Shown: positions 26,600 to 40,225 of the stretch, in pieces
Layout of the letters: every line of letters begins with the position of its first letter
Numbering within the stretch: the first letter of the stretch is position 1
Source of the DNA: Tubiluchus corallicola
Taxonomy: Eukaryota; Animalia; Priapulida
Length of the DNA stretch: 64,000 nt
NCBI GenBank assembly: GCA_030141605.1
Contig: JAQGDQ010000171.1
Coordinates: 186,001 to 250,000, forward strand
Direction of reading: 5' to 3'
Notes under the pieces: generated by a model
What the model was told of the DNA's origin: nothing
Databases searched by the model: none
The model's input: the letters and a program-made list of their open reading frames with translations, nothing else
Program-made: the position numbers and the translations under genes

Positions 26600-27440
26600 A
26601 TGTATGTTTGCTTGTGTTGCAAGTGCATTAGTATATGGAACAGAGATATGGCTCACATCCAATTTCAAAGGTTTAGAGGTATTACATAACAAGATGGTAA
26701 AAGTTTTGCTGGGAGTCAAATGGTCCACTCCTAATTAATTTTCATGAAGCTGGAACGCCCAGTTTGAAAAATGTTTTTAAGAAAACTTAAACAATTTTTG
26801 AACAAAAGGCTACCAGTCTTTGAGCGAATTTATTAAAGGAAAAGCACAAACAAAAACTCGATGCTCTTTTTACGTGAAGCTAAATCCCGGATCGGTTCAG
26901 CACCCAGTTTCTGTTGAAAACTTGCCTGGTTTGTTAAGAACAAAATTTAATCGCATGATGCTCTCGTCTCATCGCTTAAAAGTTGAGACAGGAAGGTGGG
27001 TTAGACCATCGATACCTAGCAACATGAGGCTGTGAGACAGGAAGGTGAGCTAAACCACCAATACCTAGAAACTGGAGATTGTGAGACAGGAAGGTGAGCT
27101 AGTTCACCAATACCTAGAAAATTGAGAATGTGAGACAGGAAGGTGGGCCAGACCACCGATGCCTAGCAAACTTGAGATTGTGGGACAGAAAAGTGGGCTA
27201 GAGCACCGACACCTAGAAACTTGAGATTGTGAGACAGGAAGGTGGGCTAGACCACCGATACTTATAAACTTGAGATTGTTACCTGCGATGGCATAAGGAG
27301 ACAAGATGAGGAACATGTAGTTATGGCATGCAAGAAAACGGGTGGTAAAAGAAACAAACATGACACCACTTTGAAATGATTTTTTAAATCTGGAAAATGA
27401 AGAATTGGCAAAATTTGCAAATGATATTTTACGCATTTTC
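26600..27440 (+). mobile_element. 3' remnant of a LINE ORF2 with an internal ~49-bp tandem amplification (6 copies, 26985-27280)
   Basis: YVKLNPGSVQHPV...RMMLSSHRLKVETGRWVRPSIP..., then QDEEHVVMAC. Units starting gagacaggaaggtg are at 26985, 27034, 27083, 27132, ~27182 and 27231. Confidence 0.7.
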
Positions 27441-27601
27441 AGATAAATGTGTTTTATATTAATACTAATTTTTATGTTACTTAGTACGAATATCTGTTTT
27501 TGATGTCTGTCGTAGAAGCGATTACTGTAAACAGTAAAAATGTTTGTACATATTTCAGCTTCTACTCCTCCCTTATAGACTTACATTACTATACCTGTCA
27601 G

Positions 27602-28070
<469 letters not shown>

Positions 28071-28105
28071 CCGTGCTAATATCCAGAACAATTAACCTGT
28101 CTCAC

Positions 28106-29053
28106 CTGATGAAATTGAATAGCTTTTCCAGCTTCTATCAACCTCACTAAGTCGCTTTTATTATGTGGAATCGGTTGCTCTTCAGCGATTTCAAAACTTG
28201 GTACCACATAAACGACTTTCCTTGAAACTGTCTCTTTATTTTCCATCATAGCTATGAAATTTTCCATCAGATTCGTGGATGGCTTAAGTTCGATGTCTAA
28301 AAGAAAGACATATTTTGTGTAAACGGTCATTCGTGCTGCATTTCTTCCTACATTCACAGGATAGGTACCATACTGAGACATGTCTGGACCATTCTTTATT
28401 GGTAAGTATAAATCACTACAATCTTGCAGATTCAGTCATTTGCTGGGTGTGGTGAAAGGCGGGGCGCTTGCAGGAAAAAACAAAGAAACACTCGCAGTTT
28501 CAGCAAATTTTGTGTTACATTTTCTTGCCTGTGAGATGAAATCCATTATAACATCGAAGCTATCACTTGGTACGTACAAAGCTGCTGATACTGGTCCATT
28601 ATGTCTCTCCACTAGATCCAGTAGATGGTGTACATACTGCCAAGATCCTTGAGTTGCTATGGTTACAGCCGATTCCGTGGGAAATCGTTTGGTTGCTCTT
28701 ACAAAATTTAAGAGTTTATAATAGGTAAGGTTTTGTTTAGTTATTATATCATAAAACTCTGTCTTAATGATATCAGACGAGTCTTTCTCAGTGTGATTTA
28801 CTAGAATTTGAAACTTGCTTTCGATGCCAATCTAGTTCAGTTTTCCGTTTTGGCATTTCGACACATTCGTTTGAGTTTCTGAATTTCCGTATTCGACTTT
28901 TTGAAAGAAATTCGAACTAACGCCTCTAAAACAGCACTGCAAATTGGGTCCCAAGTTAATAACGTGATATGCGAGTATTGTTACTGCTATAGTAAAAAGT
29001 ATTATGAGCATCACGTGACTTGTTAGCAAGTATTTCTTGTACTTATCCATCAT
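28106..29053 (-). CDS. B4GAT1-like exon 1 (contains in-frame TAG and TGA)
   Basis: One continuous frame from ATG 29053 through ORFs 28832..29095 and 28076..28381 to QFHQ|gtgaga. Confidence 0.75.
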
Positions 29054-29959
29054 TTGCTCAGGATTTTTAGTAGCTTTAGCAGTCGTGATAGGCACAAAAA
29101 ATTAAGCAAACTTTAAACACTTAGTGTAGTATGGTATAGCGACCAATACTGTTCTTTGGTAAATACCTAAACAGAGAATGGACTGAGGAGGCTTATTCTG
29201 GTAAGTGACAATGATCAAGAAAGAATGCAAATTGTAAACTGGTTTGTTAATTGGTGTAGTGCCTGTCAATACTATCATTGTAATTCTTAATGGGAAAAGT
29301 ACGCAACTTTTCTCTATCTTAACAGGCTCATGCTTGCCTGCAAGCTGCGGGTGCCATTAATTCTTGCTCAAGTATACTGCATTATCTGTCTTCTTACAAT
29401 ACTTCACTTGATTCTTGTTGCCTTGTCCCTGTTACCTAGGGGAAATCTAATTGCTCTCCCTGCTTTCTGGGGGCTACTAATGACCTTCTAATGAGGACTA
29501 GGCTAAAGTTTCTTTATTGGGTCCATCCATCTTACCCATCATTAATCCTATTTTACGATCTCTTTTCGGGATCTCATGTTTGGGGGGAATGTACTGCATA
29601 GCATGTTGTACTCTTCAGGTTCTACGTTTTATTACGATCCATGACAATTAAATCTTTGATGATTCTATCCCTTTCCTTTTGGGATTTCCATACTAGACTG
29701 CGTGTTGTACTTTTCACACTTTAAATGTATTGACAATATATGGGGTGATAGCAAACAAGAAATCTTTTCGCTTTGCAGAACCTGCCATCTTAGTAAACAG
29801 AGTAACACTCCAGTGAAAATCAGGAGAACACGAAATTAAATCAAAGATCCGTTTTACATAGAAGTGGAGACTAGACCAAAAACACCCGCCATTTTTCCAT
29901 GCAAGCACCGCGAACAATGTTATTTGAATCTATAAACCGATGTCGGATGTTAATACTTA

Positions 29960-30365
29960 TCGAGGCGGCATAACTCATGTATAAAATACTTATAAATGAC
30001 CAAAATCCTTTAAATCAACACTTTTTTGAATATTCGCATCAGTATCGAATCACGTCAGACACAAGAAATGAATTACAAATACCGTTATACCGAACGCAAG
30101 CTGGAATCTCTGAACTACAGCTTGGAATTCGTTGTCAAATGAATTAAATAAGCAATAGCAATATTAACTTGTTCAGGGGTCACCTTAAACCTTTTTATCA
30201 AGAACGTTATACTAATTAATTGTAGTGTGCTTTTCAATTTCGTCTTTATGAGCTGCTTTTAAATTTTGACACGTTTTCATGTTTGTTCAGATGTTTACTG
30301 TGGACCAATCAGGACCATGTTGTAAACAAGCATTGCTCAATCAAGTTATGCTGAATAAAAATATA
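29960..30365 (+). mobile_element. Decayed LINE 3' end (CR1/L2-group-like)
   Basis: Fragments reading ..DTRNELQIPLYRTQAG..WNSLSNEL.., followed by an AATAAA and an A-rich tail at ~30355. Confidence 0.4.
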
Positions 30366-32289
30366 TTTTCTTATCTTATCTTTTATTTTAGTCTTAAAGC
30401 AAAACCGGACCATATTTTAAACTGTAGGTCAAAACAATCTACTCTTAAAATATTAGAAGGCAACAATATTTTTTCAAAAATAATTTACGTGAAAGAATTA
30501 TTGCTACACAAACACAATTTCACTTTCCCGCCAGTAATTCTTCGCTGTTACATTTATTTCGCCATTCGCTAGTTAGACGGGCACTAGCGCTTGCATTTCG
30601 AAAATGTGTTGTACAAAAACAGGCGCTGTACCTCTCAGTTCAGGTGTGTTAGTTTCTGACCAACTGAACACGTTCGACAGCTTATGCGTGAGCACAGCGG
30701 TAAAGTTGAAATTTTAAATTTTATCTTGAAACTTGCCTAGTTTTAGCACAACACAATAAATATCTTACAGTAGCACTAAACTTTAATTTTCGCTTTCACA
30801 AACACGCGCAACACGCTCGTGAAATAAATTTGCTGTTGAAATTTATGGTAGTTTGTGAGGTCATCAATAGTTGGGCTCGCCTGCCGTTATTAAGTTTTCA
30901 ATCTATTATTTAATTATCAGAAACGCCTTTGCAGTATAAATTGTGTTAGAATGTATACTTTTTATCGGCCTTGAAAATGGGGTTGATATGAAAGATCATC
31001 CTGTCTTCCTTTGAAAACGGATGGCGCAAAAAAATGTGAATGTGAGTAACTCCAAAAATAACAATGGTAATCATAACTTACTTGTCGAGCGAAGGAATCT
31101 ATCAATTATTGTCTTCAGCTGCGCTATAATGTTATGTATGTTCTTTATATTTTTATGAATTAATGTAATTATGACTTTGATTAATTGCTACTAGCACAAT
31201 GTTAATGTTACTAACATCTAATTAGAGGTGACTGACTGGGTGACCGTATCATCACCTCTGCTCATATTTATCTGTGTCATATACACTAACACCTTAACTA
31301 TTGTATTAAGAGCGAATCCGCGAGAAGACCATGCAAAATCGAAAAATTCCGGCACAAGGCTAGGTAACCGATTCGGACCAAAGTTCGGTCCACTAGTCAC
31401 TAGTATTCACTATGTGAATCCGCTTGGCCCAACTCCTCATGGTAGCAGAGGTACGGCATAGGCCGATTTTCATGAAAAAATACCTATTTTTCTCAATTTT
31501 TTACTCATATTTGAAGGATTAGCCATGCAGCAACCACTGAGTTTGAATAGATCTGACTCTGCACAGTATTGGATCTTGTTATCTTCTCCAAAATGACTTT
31601 TCGACTTTTGTCCCAAACCCCCCTCTTTCGGCTCTACTGGGGGTCTTTAAGCTCACATTACGTGCAAGATGCAAATACTCAGTCATTTCAAAGTCTTATA
31701 TCTCACCCACTGCGGGGGCGGGGACAAAAATATCGATATGTATGTGAGTAGAGCATCCCATCCCACTATGCTGCAGTGACAATTTCGATGGAGCGAATTT
31801 CCACCCTATTGTAAAAGACCCCTGAAAGAGGCATATATCAGGGTAAAATATAGGTAACAACGTTCATCAAAAAGCTTCGTGTAGGTAAACATGAGTTGTC
31901 AGATCTTGTCAAAATACTTCAAAACATCATAGATATTCATCTTTGGTAACTAGGGACCTTTGCCAGCCCATTGGTTAAACTACCGACAGGATTTGACTCC
32001 ATCATTCAAGATGGCGGCCACTGCTGAACTAAAATGTTCGTTTTCTGGGCTGTTTACTAGCGTTAAATGCCATATTCTGACTAGTTATCCGCACGAAACG
32101 AATATTGTGAATCTATTAGCCTGTACTAAAGACACTGGACCGCATTTAGAGCGCTTCCAATCTTAAAAAAATGAAATATCTACGGAATGAAAATTGCTTC
32201 TTACAAAGAACAGTTTTATGTACTGTTTATTTTCTATGCTTTGTAAATGTTATGTAAAAGTCATTATCTAGTTATTACTCATTGTCTTA

Positions 32290-32560
32290 CATAGGCGTAC
32301 AAGCCAGGACACAAAGAAAATTGCCCTAAATCTGAGCGAATGCCCAAAAAATATGGGACAGACTTGATATCATTTGTCCGGTGATTTTTTGACTATAAAA
32401 CATCGAAAATTTTTGTGCCAATGGCGCAATCATTCAATCACGCTATTAATATTTTTTGTCAGAAGTATCGATTTTGTGCTACAAATAAATTTTGGGCGAA
32501 GAAAAATTTTCTGAGCTAAATATCACCGCCATCCCCCTAGAAGTGGCCCATACGCTTATA
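32290..32560. mobile_element. hAT-like MITE
   Basis: TIR CATAGGCGTA ... TACGCTTATA; 8-bp TSD ttgtctta/ttgtctca (7 of 8 match). Confidence 0.65.
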
Positions 32561-34033
32561 TTGTCTCATGTTTAGACTGTAAGATTTTCACTTTATCACT
32601 TTCCCCATGATATATTTGTCTATTTTTCTATCTTCTAGTGATAATCTAAATCTAGCTGCATCGATAATTCTTTCTCTATTATTTAGATATTATGGTTTTG
32701 ATTACTTGTACTACTCTTCAGTGATAGGATTATGCTGCTACAATACGAACAGTATTTTGGACTTAGAGAAATTAATTCTGACTGAGTTTTGTAGTTTTTT
32801 CATTTTTGTACTGATATTCATAATCTTCTATGTATAGCCATGAAGCTTATTCATATAAAAAGTATAAAAAATGAACATATGTATAAAAATGAACGGATTT
32901 CTAATTTTATATATATATATATATATATACCAAGTGTTGTCAGATTCTTTCGCTAGCAATGACTCTCAATCTTAACAATCGGTACTTCTTTTCTATTAGA
33001 GGGCTTATTGTTTAGTCTTTCCTGGTATCCACTAGCGATTCAGTGTGTAGAGAATGCCCTGAATCAGGGTCGGACTCGGTACTAGGGGCATGCCTGATGT
33101 CCTGTCCAGAAATCCATCAGAAGAGGCAATTATTCATATTTGTAGTCATATGAAAATTCCGACATAACTAAACCAATTTAAGATGAAATTCGCAGAGCAC
33201 TAGTCACAGAAAATGCAGGTTAAACGTGGCTAAATGTCTACTGTCATATAACGACCTGAGCCAAGTATGTCTACTTTTTACACATGGACGGAATTACTAT
33301 GGAAAGTAAAAAGTGTGTTGATATGGTAATTTTTTCTAACAGTGCCTCCTCTATATAATGTCATGCATGATATTATCTCAGCTCGTGCGTTTTCATGAAA
33401 TTTAGAATACAGATTTGTCACTTATAATCCAGCATATAGATAGAAAAAATATTGAAAAACTACAAAAAGGCGAATTTTGCTGATTTTTGTGAAATTTTAA
33501 AGTGCCAGTACTAAATACTGAAACAGGCTCCAGCGAATTTTCTTTTTTATATTATTAGTGAGGATGATGGTTAACACATACATGAAAACCAGAAGTTCTG
33601 TAGCCCCGCAGTGGGCGAGTTATGAGCCTTACAACTTAACCTCTCCCTGGACTCTTAACAAAGAGCCGAATTTGAAAAATCCCGTTCTCTGATACTATTA
33701 ATAGTATGTCAGAAAAAGTTAGGATATCAGAAAACAATGTCTGGGTCTATGTACCAGCCGACTTACATCGACCCATCTGTAATAGTTTCTACAGGAGAAA
33801 AAGTTAAAATAACCGCCCAAATTAGCGATTTTTTGCCTCTTTTGAGGTCAATTTCTTGATGTGGTCATTTCTCTGCTAATAGTAGCTCGATCGATTTGAT
33901 ATCTTGGTTACATGGTTTTGGGGGGTCGCCCTTCATGTTAGAAAAAAATGATATAAATTCGTCACCCCTCATGTGCCACCCTCTGCATGGTGCTGTCGCG
34001 GACTCGTTCTTNAGTTTAATAAGCTAAGTAATT

Positions 34034-34388
34034 TTACTATTACTATTACTATTACTATTACTATTACTATTACTATTACTATTACTATTACTATTACTAT
34101 TACTATTACTATTACTATTACTATTACTATTACCATTACCACTACCATTACCATTACCATTACCATTACCATTACCATTACCATTACCATTACCATTACC
34201 ATTACCATTACCATTACCATTGCCATTGCCATTGCCATTGCCATTGCCATAGCCATTGCCATTGCCATTGCCATTGCCATTGCCATTGCCATTGCCATTG
34301 CCATTGCCATTGCCATTACCATTACCATTACCATTACCATTACCATTACCATTACTATTACTATTACTATTACTATTACTATCACCAT
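34034..34388. repeat. Compound hexamer microsatellite (ATTACT)n-(ATTACC)n-(ATTGCC)n-(ATTACC)n-(ATTACT)n
   Basis: Direct reading; adjacent to an N at 34012. Confidence 0.95.
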
Positions 34389-35557
34389 GAATGCTGACGA
34401 TCGGTATCAGCTAGTGTAAATCTCAAGAAACGTGCAGAGACATAAAATTAGCTGGGTCATCGAGATAAGACGGACCCCCTCCATACAAAGGTTTAAATGT
34501 AACCGGCAATAGTTTAAAAAGAATACGTTGCTTGACAGGATGATTAGGATTGGAATTACATGAACAAAACATCTAGTAACAGGTGTAGCAACAGTGTCCT
34601 GATGACGTTGCAAATGATCAACTTCGTAACCAGAAATACTAATTAATAAATAATTATAATAGTCAAGCCTCGATGTGACTAAAGTATGAACGCGTTACTC
34701 AGCTGTAGATTCTGTCAGAAATTTACGAACCAGGACAATTCTGCGAAGATGAAAACAAACATTTTCAGAAATAACTGAATCAAGGATAACTCCTAAATCC
34801 TGACTTCAAAACAAACAGAATTACCAACGTACACAATTGCAACCCTGCCATAACATTTACCCAGCAATGCAGAAATACGTATAAATTCAGTTTTGTCATC
34901 ATTGAGACATAGACGTTGACGCGCATGTTGGTGAGAAATCGATTACGTGGATAAATATGCCAGGATATTTTTATAAAGGATTTCTGATTTCTATTATAGA
35001 ATAGTCCCACAAAAAGTGTTCCTTCTAACTACATTCAGTAACCTTCATACTGGTAGAGTCGTTTGTAAAAGAGACCAACATGGCAGTGTGCCGTGGCTTC
35101 TTCTCTTTCCACAGAGCTATAAATTTCCCTCCACGACCATACTAAGCATTACCAGTACGTTTTCTTTCATGAACGGTGTTCCTGCAATATGCAAACAACA
35201 ACCATATTTGGAGATTTTTCACCCACTGTTCTTACAGGAAGTACAAAAAAAACCCAGAGGCGCTTAGTGGGGTCATGGAGAAGGTGGATTTATAGCTCTT
35301 TGAAAGAAAGAGAACACGCATTATGAGTATCTTTTACAAAAGCTTCTAACAGGATGAAGAAGTACGAGTTCCGGGGAATGTTTTCGGGAACGCTTTTCTG
35401 GATAACCTTATTTAAATAATAGCAAGAAGCGTAAAACGTCTTGATTGACCAAAAATGCGTCAATTCTAACATAATTTGTGCCACAACTCTAACTTATTGT
35501 GTACCACAATCCAAGCTTAATTTGTGCCACAATCCTAACTTTGTTTTAATTGCGCAG

Positions 35558-35748
35558 AAATACAAACAGATTGCGATGGGGCTAACAAACAAATGGTTGT
35601 AAAACTCGCGTTCAAGGACCTGTTCCACGGATCGATCTACACTCATCAGTTTTACGACTCTGCAAGATGTCGCTCCAACATGGTTGATGTTGAAACTGCC
35701 ATATTTACCATTCCACTTGATGGTTGTGGTACGGAAGAAGATTTAAAT
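35558..35748 (+). CDS. ZP gene exon: second ZP-N (start of the full ZP module)
   Basis: EIQTDCDGANKQMVVKLAFKDLFHGSIYTHQFYDSARCRSNMVDVETAIFTIPLDGCGTEEDLN; phase 1 in, phase 0 out. Confidence 0.88.
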
Positions 35749-36432
35749 GTAAATAGATAAATTAAAAATCAATAATCAATTAATTTAGTACTTTTAATGA
35801 AGTAACAAAAGCTGCATATGATTCGTGAAAGTTCCGATAATTTGACGACCGAATAATGGCTAATCTACTACTGGTCAATTAACAATTGACACTATTACTA
35901 CTGAGCAATTAACAGTATGCTTTAGCTGAGATGTTACTTAAACAAAGTCTGATTATTTATAAAAAGCTCTACGTCTGTAATTACTTATTATGTCAAGTCG
36001 TAATAATGATTTAGACCACGAAATGATTCTCAAAAGGCTCCCAAGGTAGGAATTTTTGCTTGGGAAGGGAATGAAGTTAATTCAGAACAGGAACTCTAAA
36101 CTGAGAAAGAATGTTACTTTGACCACTGTGAATATATCAACTACCAATATCGCCAGTTAATTTCTTGGCATACAGACCTAAGTGGAGACAGAAAAAATGG
36201 GAGTTCTATGTTGCAAGAATTTCGTTGTTATCAACATTTTTCTTTTGATTTTAACAACGTAATTGAATAATAAATCAATTAAAAGTTATAAAAATTAATC
36301 GAAGAATTATTTCTTTTTTCGTTTGATTCTAATTAAAGCATATCACTCTAAGTGCATAACGCTGACAAATTTATTGGATGACAATATTTGCACTTTGCTA
36401 CAAATATTTGGATGTTTTTTTGTTTTCTTTAG

Positions 36433-36590
36433 TACAACGTTGATGGTTCAACTAAGCATCGAAACACTATTATTGTCATGCCTGTGAACGAACTTGGAGA
36501 ATTTATCACAAGAACGGGAAAAGCTTTCCACGTTTTTTGTAACGAGCCAAAGAAGAAGTTAATTCGGAAACCTCACTCTGTAACTCAGCA
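36433..36590 (+). CDS. ZP gene exon: end of the second ZP-N
   Basis: YNVDGSTKHRNTIIVMPVNELGEFITRTGKAFHVFCNEPKK...; donor CA|gtaagt. Confidence 0.85.
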
Positions 36591-36988
36591 GTAAGTCTAT
36601 TAAACCGAAGTGTCAGGTAAAGGCAATTGCGACATTAAAGCTGGCAACTGCCAATTTAACGAAGCTCATCAGCTTATTTTGAAATAAAAACGAAGTATAT
36701 AAAAAGAACTTTTATTGGCCTGTTATATAGAAAGTCTTATATTTATTTTTTGTTTTGAGTGACAAACCCGATACTTCTAACTAAGATGCATTACCGATTT
36801 AATAGGGCACTTTCTGACAAGTTGTGATTAAAATTTTATAACATTACAATAGCATTTATATCAAAACAATTGATTTAATTTCCTGCTTTTAATTATGAAA
36901 TGAATGATAAAGAGCTTAATAATTAATTCTTCTACTAACGCCATGCATAAAAAACGCCATTAATCAATGAATAAATTTGTCATTTCAG

Positions 36989-37113
36989 GGACTCAAGCGA
37001 AGTGCCTAACGTTGAATTAAAAATTGTAGCGGGAAAAGATCTATCAAGCAATCACGTGACATTGCTAAGAGTCGGTGAAACATCATCATTAGTGGTGCAA
37101 TATGAATCGGGCA
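36989..37113 (+). CDS. ZP gene exon: IHP and start of ZP-C
   Basis: DSSEVPNVELKIVAGKDLSSNHVTLLRVGETSSLVVQYESG; donor A|gttagt. Confidence 0.83.
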
Positions 37114-37524
37114 GTTAGTACAATTAAACTTTTAACACTTATGATTCAGTAAACTAGTATTAATCAGACAGAGACATTGCTAGTTTTTTGGCGACAATTT
37201 TAAAGCACAAGAAAATCCCCCACAAGGCATTTGGTAGTAACGTTGTGTAAAAGTTGTTAATTTAAACTCCCCTCGATGACCGTTAGGCGCAGCCATTTTA
37301 ATGGTAGGTCGTTTGAAAACTAGTTTAGATAACATTGAGTAAAGTTTGAAAAAATAATGAGAACATGCGTAGCATACATCACTAGCTAAGTAAAATTATA
37401 AATTACTGTATCTTGTCAATAAGATTAAAATACGTTTTTGCTTAGTGAGTGCCGCACCCTGGAGGGTGAGTCGGGGACATTTTACCAATTAGTGAAAACA
37501 TTGTAAATTATTACTTCTACTTAA

Positions 37525-39341
37525 GAGTCATTCCGTGAGAAAATCAGCAAAATAGTGGAAGGTGACAAATCACCGATTTTGTTCATATTCACAGGGTTTG
37601 ATGGTCCCCTCAGATGTACCCCACAGCCAAAATATTAGATTTCAGAAATGAGCCGTTTCTGAGAAAAGCCGCCATTTTGATTTTTTTCGGATTTTGGCCA
37701 TTTTGGCGTAAAAAATTGCCCATTATTTCTCACGTTATTACAGACAGTAAATGAGCGATCCAGCACTAGTTAATTGGTGATATATATAGTAGGGGTCTTA
37801 CCCTACTGTACCATTATCGTTGCCAAATTGAACCTCCTTTTCAGTTGGTGTCATCAGATTGCAAAAGATACGTGTCTGCTGCTGCTGAATTTAGACGCCA
37901 TTTTGAAATCCCCGTAACTCCACTGGGGCGGGTATTGGGGGACTAATCAATATATTTTTATTTGCAGCTTGACTAGTCCTACAAATGCATGAAATAAAAT
38001 TTTGGCCAGCGATCTCCCAAGTGTCCAGAATTTTTAGCCAAAGTTGCTCTTTTTTGCCATTTTCACAACCTTGACCTATATTTAGCTATTCGCCTTTGGA
38101 TGACGGTGTTGCCATTAGAATCGATACAAAGTGCAGCAACGTCAATGTTTATAGTAGTAATGGACTGGCTTTAGATGTCTGGGGACTCCTAGCAACCAGG
38201 CCCCTCATCAGGGGGCCCCTGTGACGATTATAACATAGTGATTTTTATAATCTCTATAAAACACGGAATAGTTTCATGTACATAATAACAGTTTCGTGTA
38301 CAAGTGCTCGGGCTATATACCTATGGCCCGTGGATCAATACGGGGGCCTCGGGAGGGCCCCACTGTCTTGACTGAAAAATAGACTTCAGTCAAAAAGGTT
38401 TAGTGTCGCTTTGCTAAACAAGATTCTAAAGTAAGGCGGACAAGGCGAGGCAAGGCACTATTTGTGAAATTGTGTTGAAACCGCCGCGAGCATCGAATAT
38501 AACATGTTGCGAGCCAATTTTTAAAACGCGCACAGCTTTGTGTGGTCTTGTATTCAACAGGCGAATAGTTGTCAGTCCCTGATATTTTTCCTCAAATCAA
38601 TTCGAGTTAATAGCTAGTTAGTTACTAATACCTTGGTGTGGCAACTTTGGCAGCTTCGACAACCAGACTTCTGCTTACTAACAACGGGCATTAACAAAAA
38701 AACTGGTTAAGAAACGCAGCAAAGGCCAGTACGACCCTGCCTCGGCCGTTACATACTAATTCCGACTCTGTGCAACGTATGTTTCAAGCCATTCGCTCAT
38801 ATTGTATTTAACCGCCAGGTTTCTACCGTCTCGTAAAGATATACGCATATACACCGACTACCATATTCAACTAAACTCTAACGAGAATCAGGGCGCTGAC
38901 GCTTATAATCGCAAATTTTCAAAATAACAAAAAGACAACAACAAATTGTTTACGTCCACGACTATTTTTTATTTGCTAATATTCAATGAAAAGTCGCACT
39001 ATAGTAAATAATAATAAGCTAATAATTGATAATACATACAGTAAGCTGCTACTATGTGTTGCTATGGTAACCTCCTTATCAAAAGAGACACAGAGAGACA
39101 GAAAGAGACAGAGAGAGACACAGAGAGACAGAGACACACAGAGAGACAGAGGGAGAGTCAGAGAGAGACACAGAGAGACAGAGAGAGACACCGAGAGACA
39201 GAGAGAGACACACAGAGAGACAGAGACACACAGAGAGACAGAGGGAGAGACAGAGAGAGACATAGAGACACAGAGAGACAGAGAGAGACACACACAGAGA
39301 GAGAGAGAAACAGAGAGAGGCAGGGAGAGAGACAGAGAGAG

Positions 39342-39381
<40 letters not shown>

Positions 39382-40225
39382 ACAGAGAGAGAGAGAGAGA
39401 CAGAGGGACACAGAGAGACAGAGACAGAGAGAGAGAGACACAGAGAGACAGAGAGAGACAGAGAGACAGAGAGAGAGAGACACAGAGAGACACAGAGAGC
39501 AGGCGAGAGACACAGAGAGACAGAGACAGAGAGAGACAAAGAGAGAGACATAGAGAGACAGAAAGAGACAGAGAGACAGAGAGAGAGAGACACAGAGAGA
39601 GAGAAACGGTAATTTATCGTTTCTTTTTGAAATTTTCATTTTTTTTATTCGGAATTATGAATAATTCGTTCTAATTTTTTTCCGATTTAGGTCACATTCA
39701 AGATCGAATCTCGTCAATTTATGGACGAGCTGGCCAAAATTTTATTAATGATCTAAGTATGCCTGGTCAAGCTGTAAATAAACATATATTAATTATGCTT
39801 CAAATACCCGCCCCAGTGGAGTTATGAGAATTTTAAAACAGGGTGTCATTCAGACAGTAGCAGACACGCATCTTTCATGAGCTCATGATACCTACTGAAA
39901 GAGAATCTCAATTCATCAAACTCAATGTGGCAATAGGGCAAGACCCCTACTATATATATCACCCAGCAACTAGTCCTGGATCATTCATTTACTGCCTGTA
40001 ATGATGTGACAAATATAGGTCATTTTTTTTACGTCAAAATGGCCAAAATCCGAAAAAAATCAAAATGGCGGCGTATCTCCGAAACGGCTCATTTTTGATA
40101 TCTAATATTTTGGCTGTGAGGTACATCTGAGGGGATCATCCAGCCCTGTGAATATAAACAAAATCGGTGATTTGTCACCTTCCACTATTTTTTGACTTTT
40201 GCATGGTTTTCTCGCGGAATGACTC
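37525..40225. mobile_element. Non-autonomous Sola3-like DNA transposon with long (~400 bp) TIRs
   Basis: TTAA TSD (37521-24 and 40226-29), termini GAGTCATTCCG ... CGGAATGACTC, and inverted identity extending over about 37525-37940 versus 39800-40225. TTAA, GAG..CTC ends and long TIRs are the described Sola3 pattern. Confidence 0.75.
39084..39604. repeat. (AG)/(AGAC)-rich microsatellite inside the Sola3-like element
   Basis: Direct reading; explains the ORFs at 38976-39674. Confidence 0.95.

Noticed and set aside
28436-28438. Selenocysteine recoding of the in-frame TGA
   Set aside because: It is not at a recognisable conserved Cys or catalytic position, I saw no SECIS, and an upstream TAG also interrupts the frame.
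33969-34419. (IT/IA)n and (MV/MA)n ORFs
   Set aside because: Hexamer microsatellite; the ORFs also cross an N.
38976-39674. ER/ET- and SL-rich ~200-aa ORFs (also 57664-58458)
   Set aside because: AG/CT microsatellite translations.
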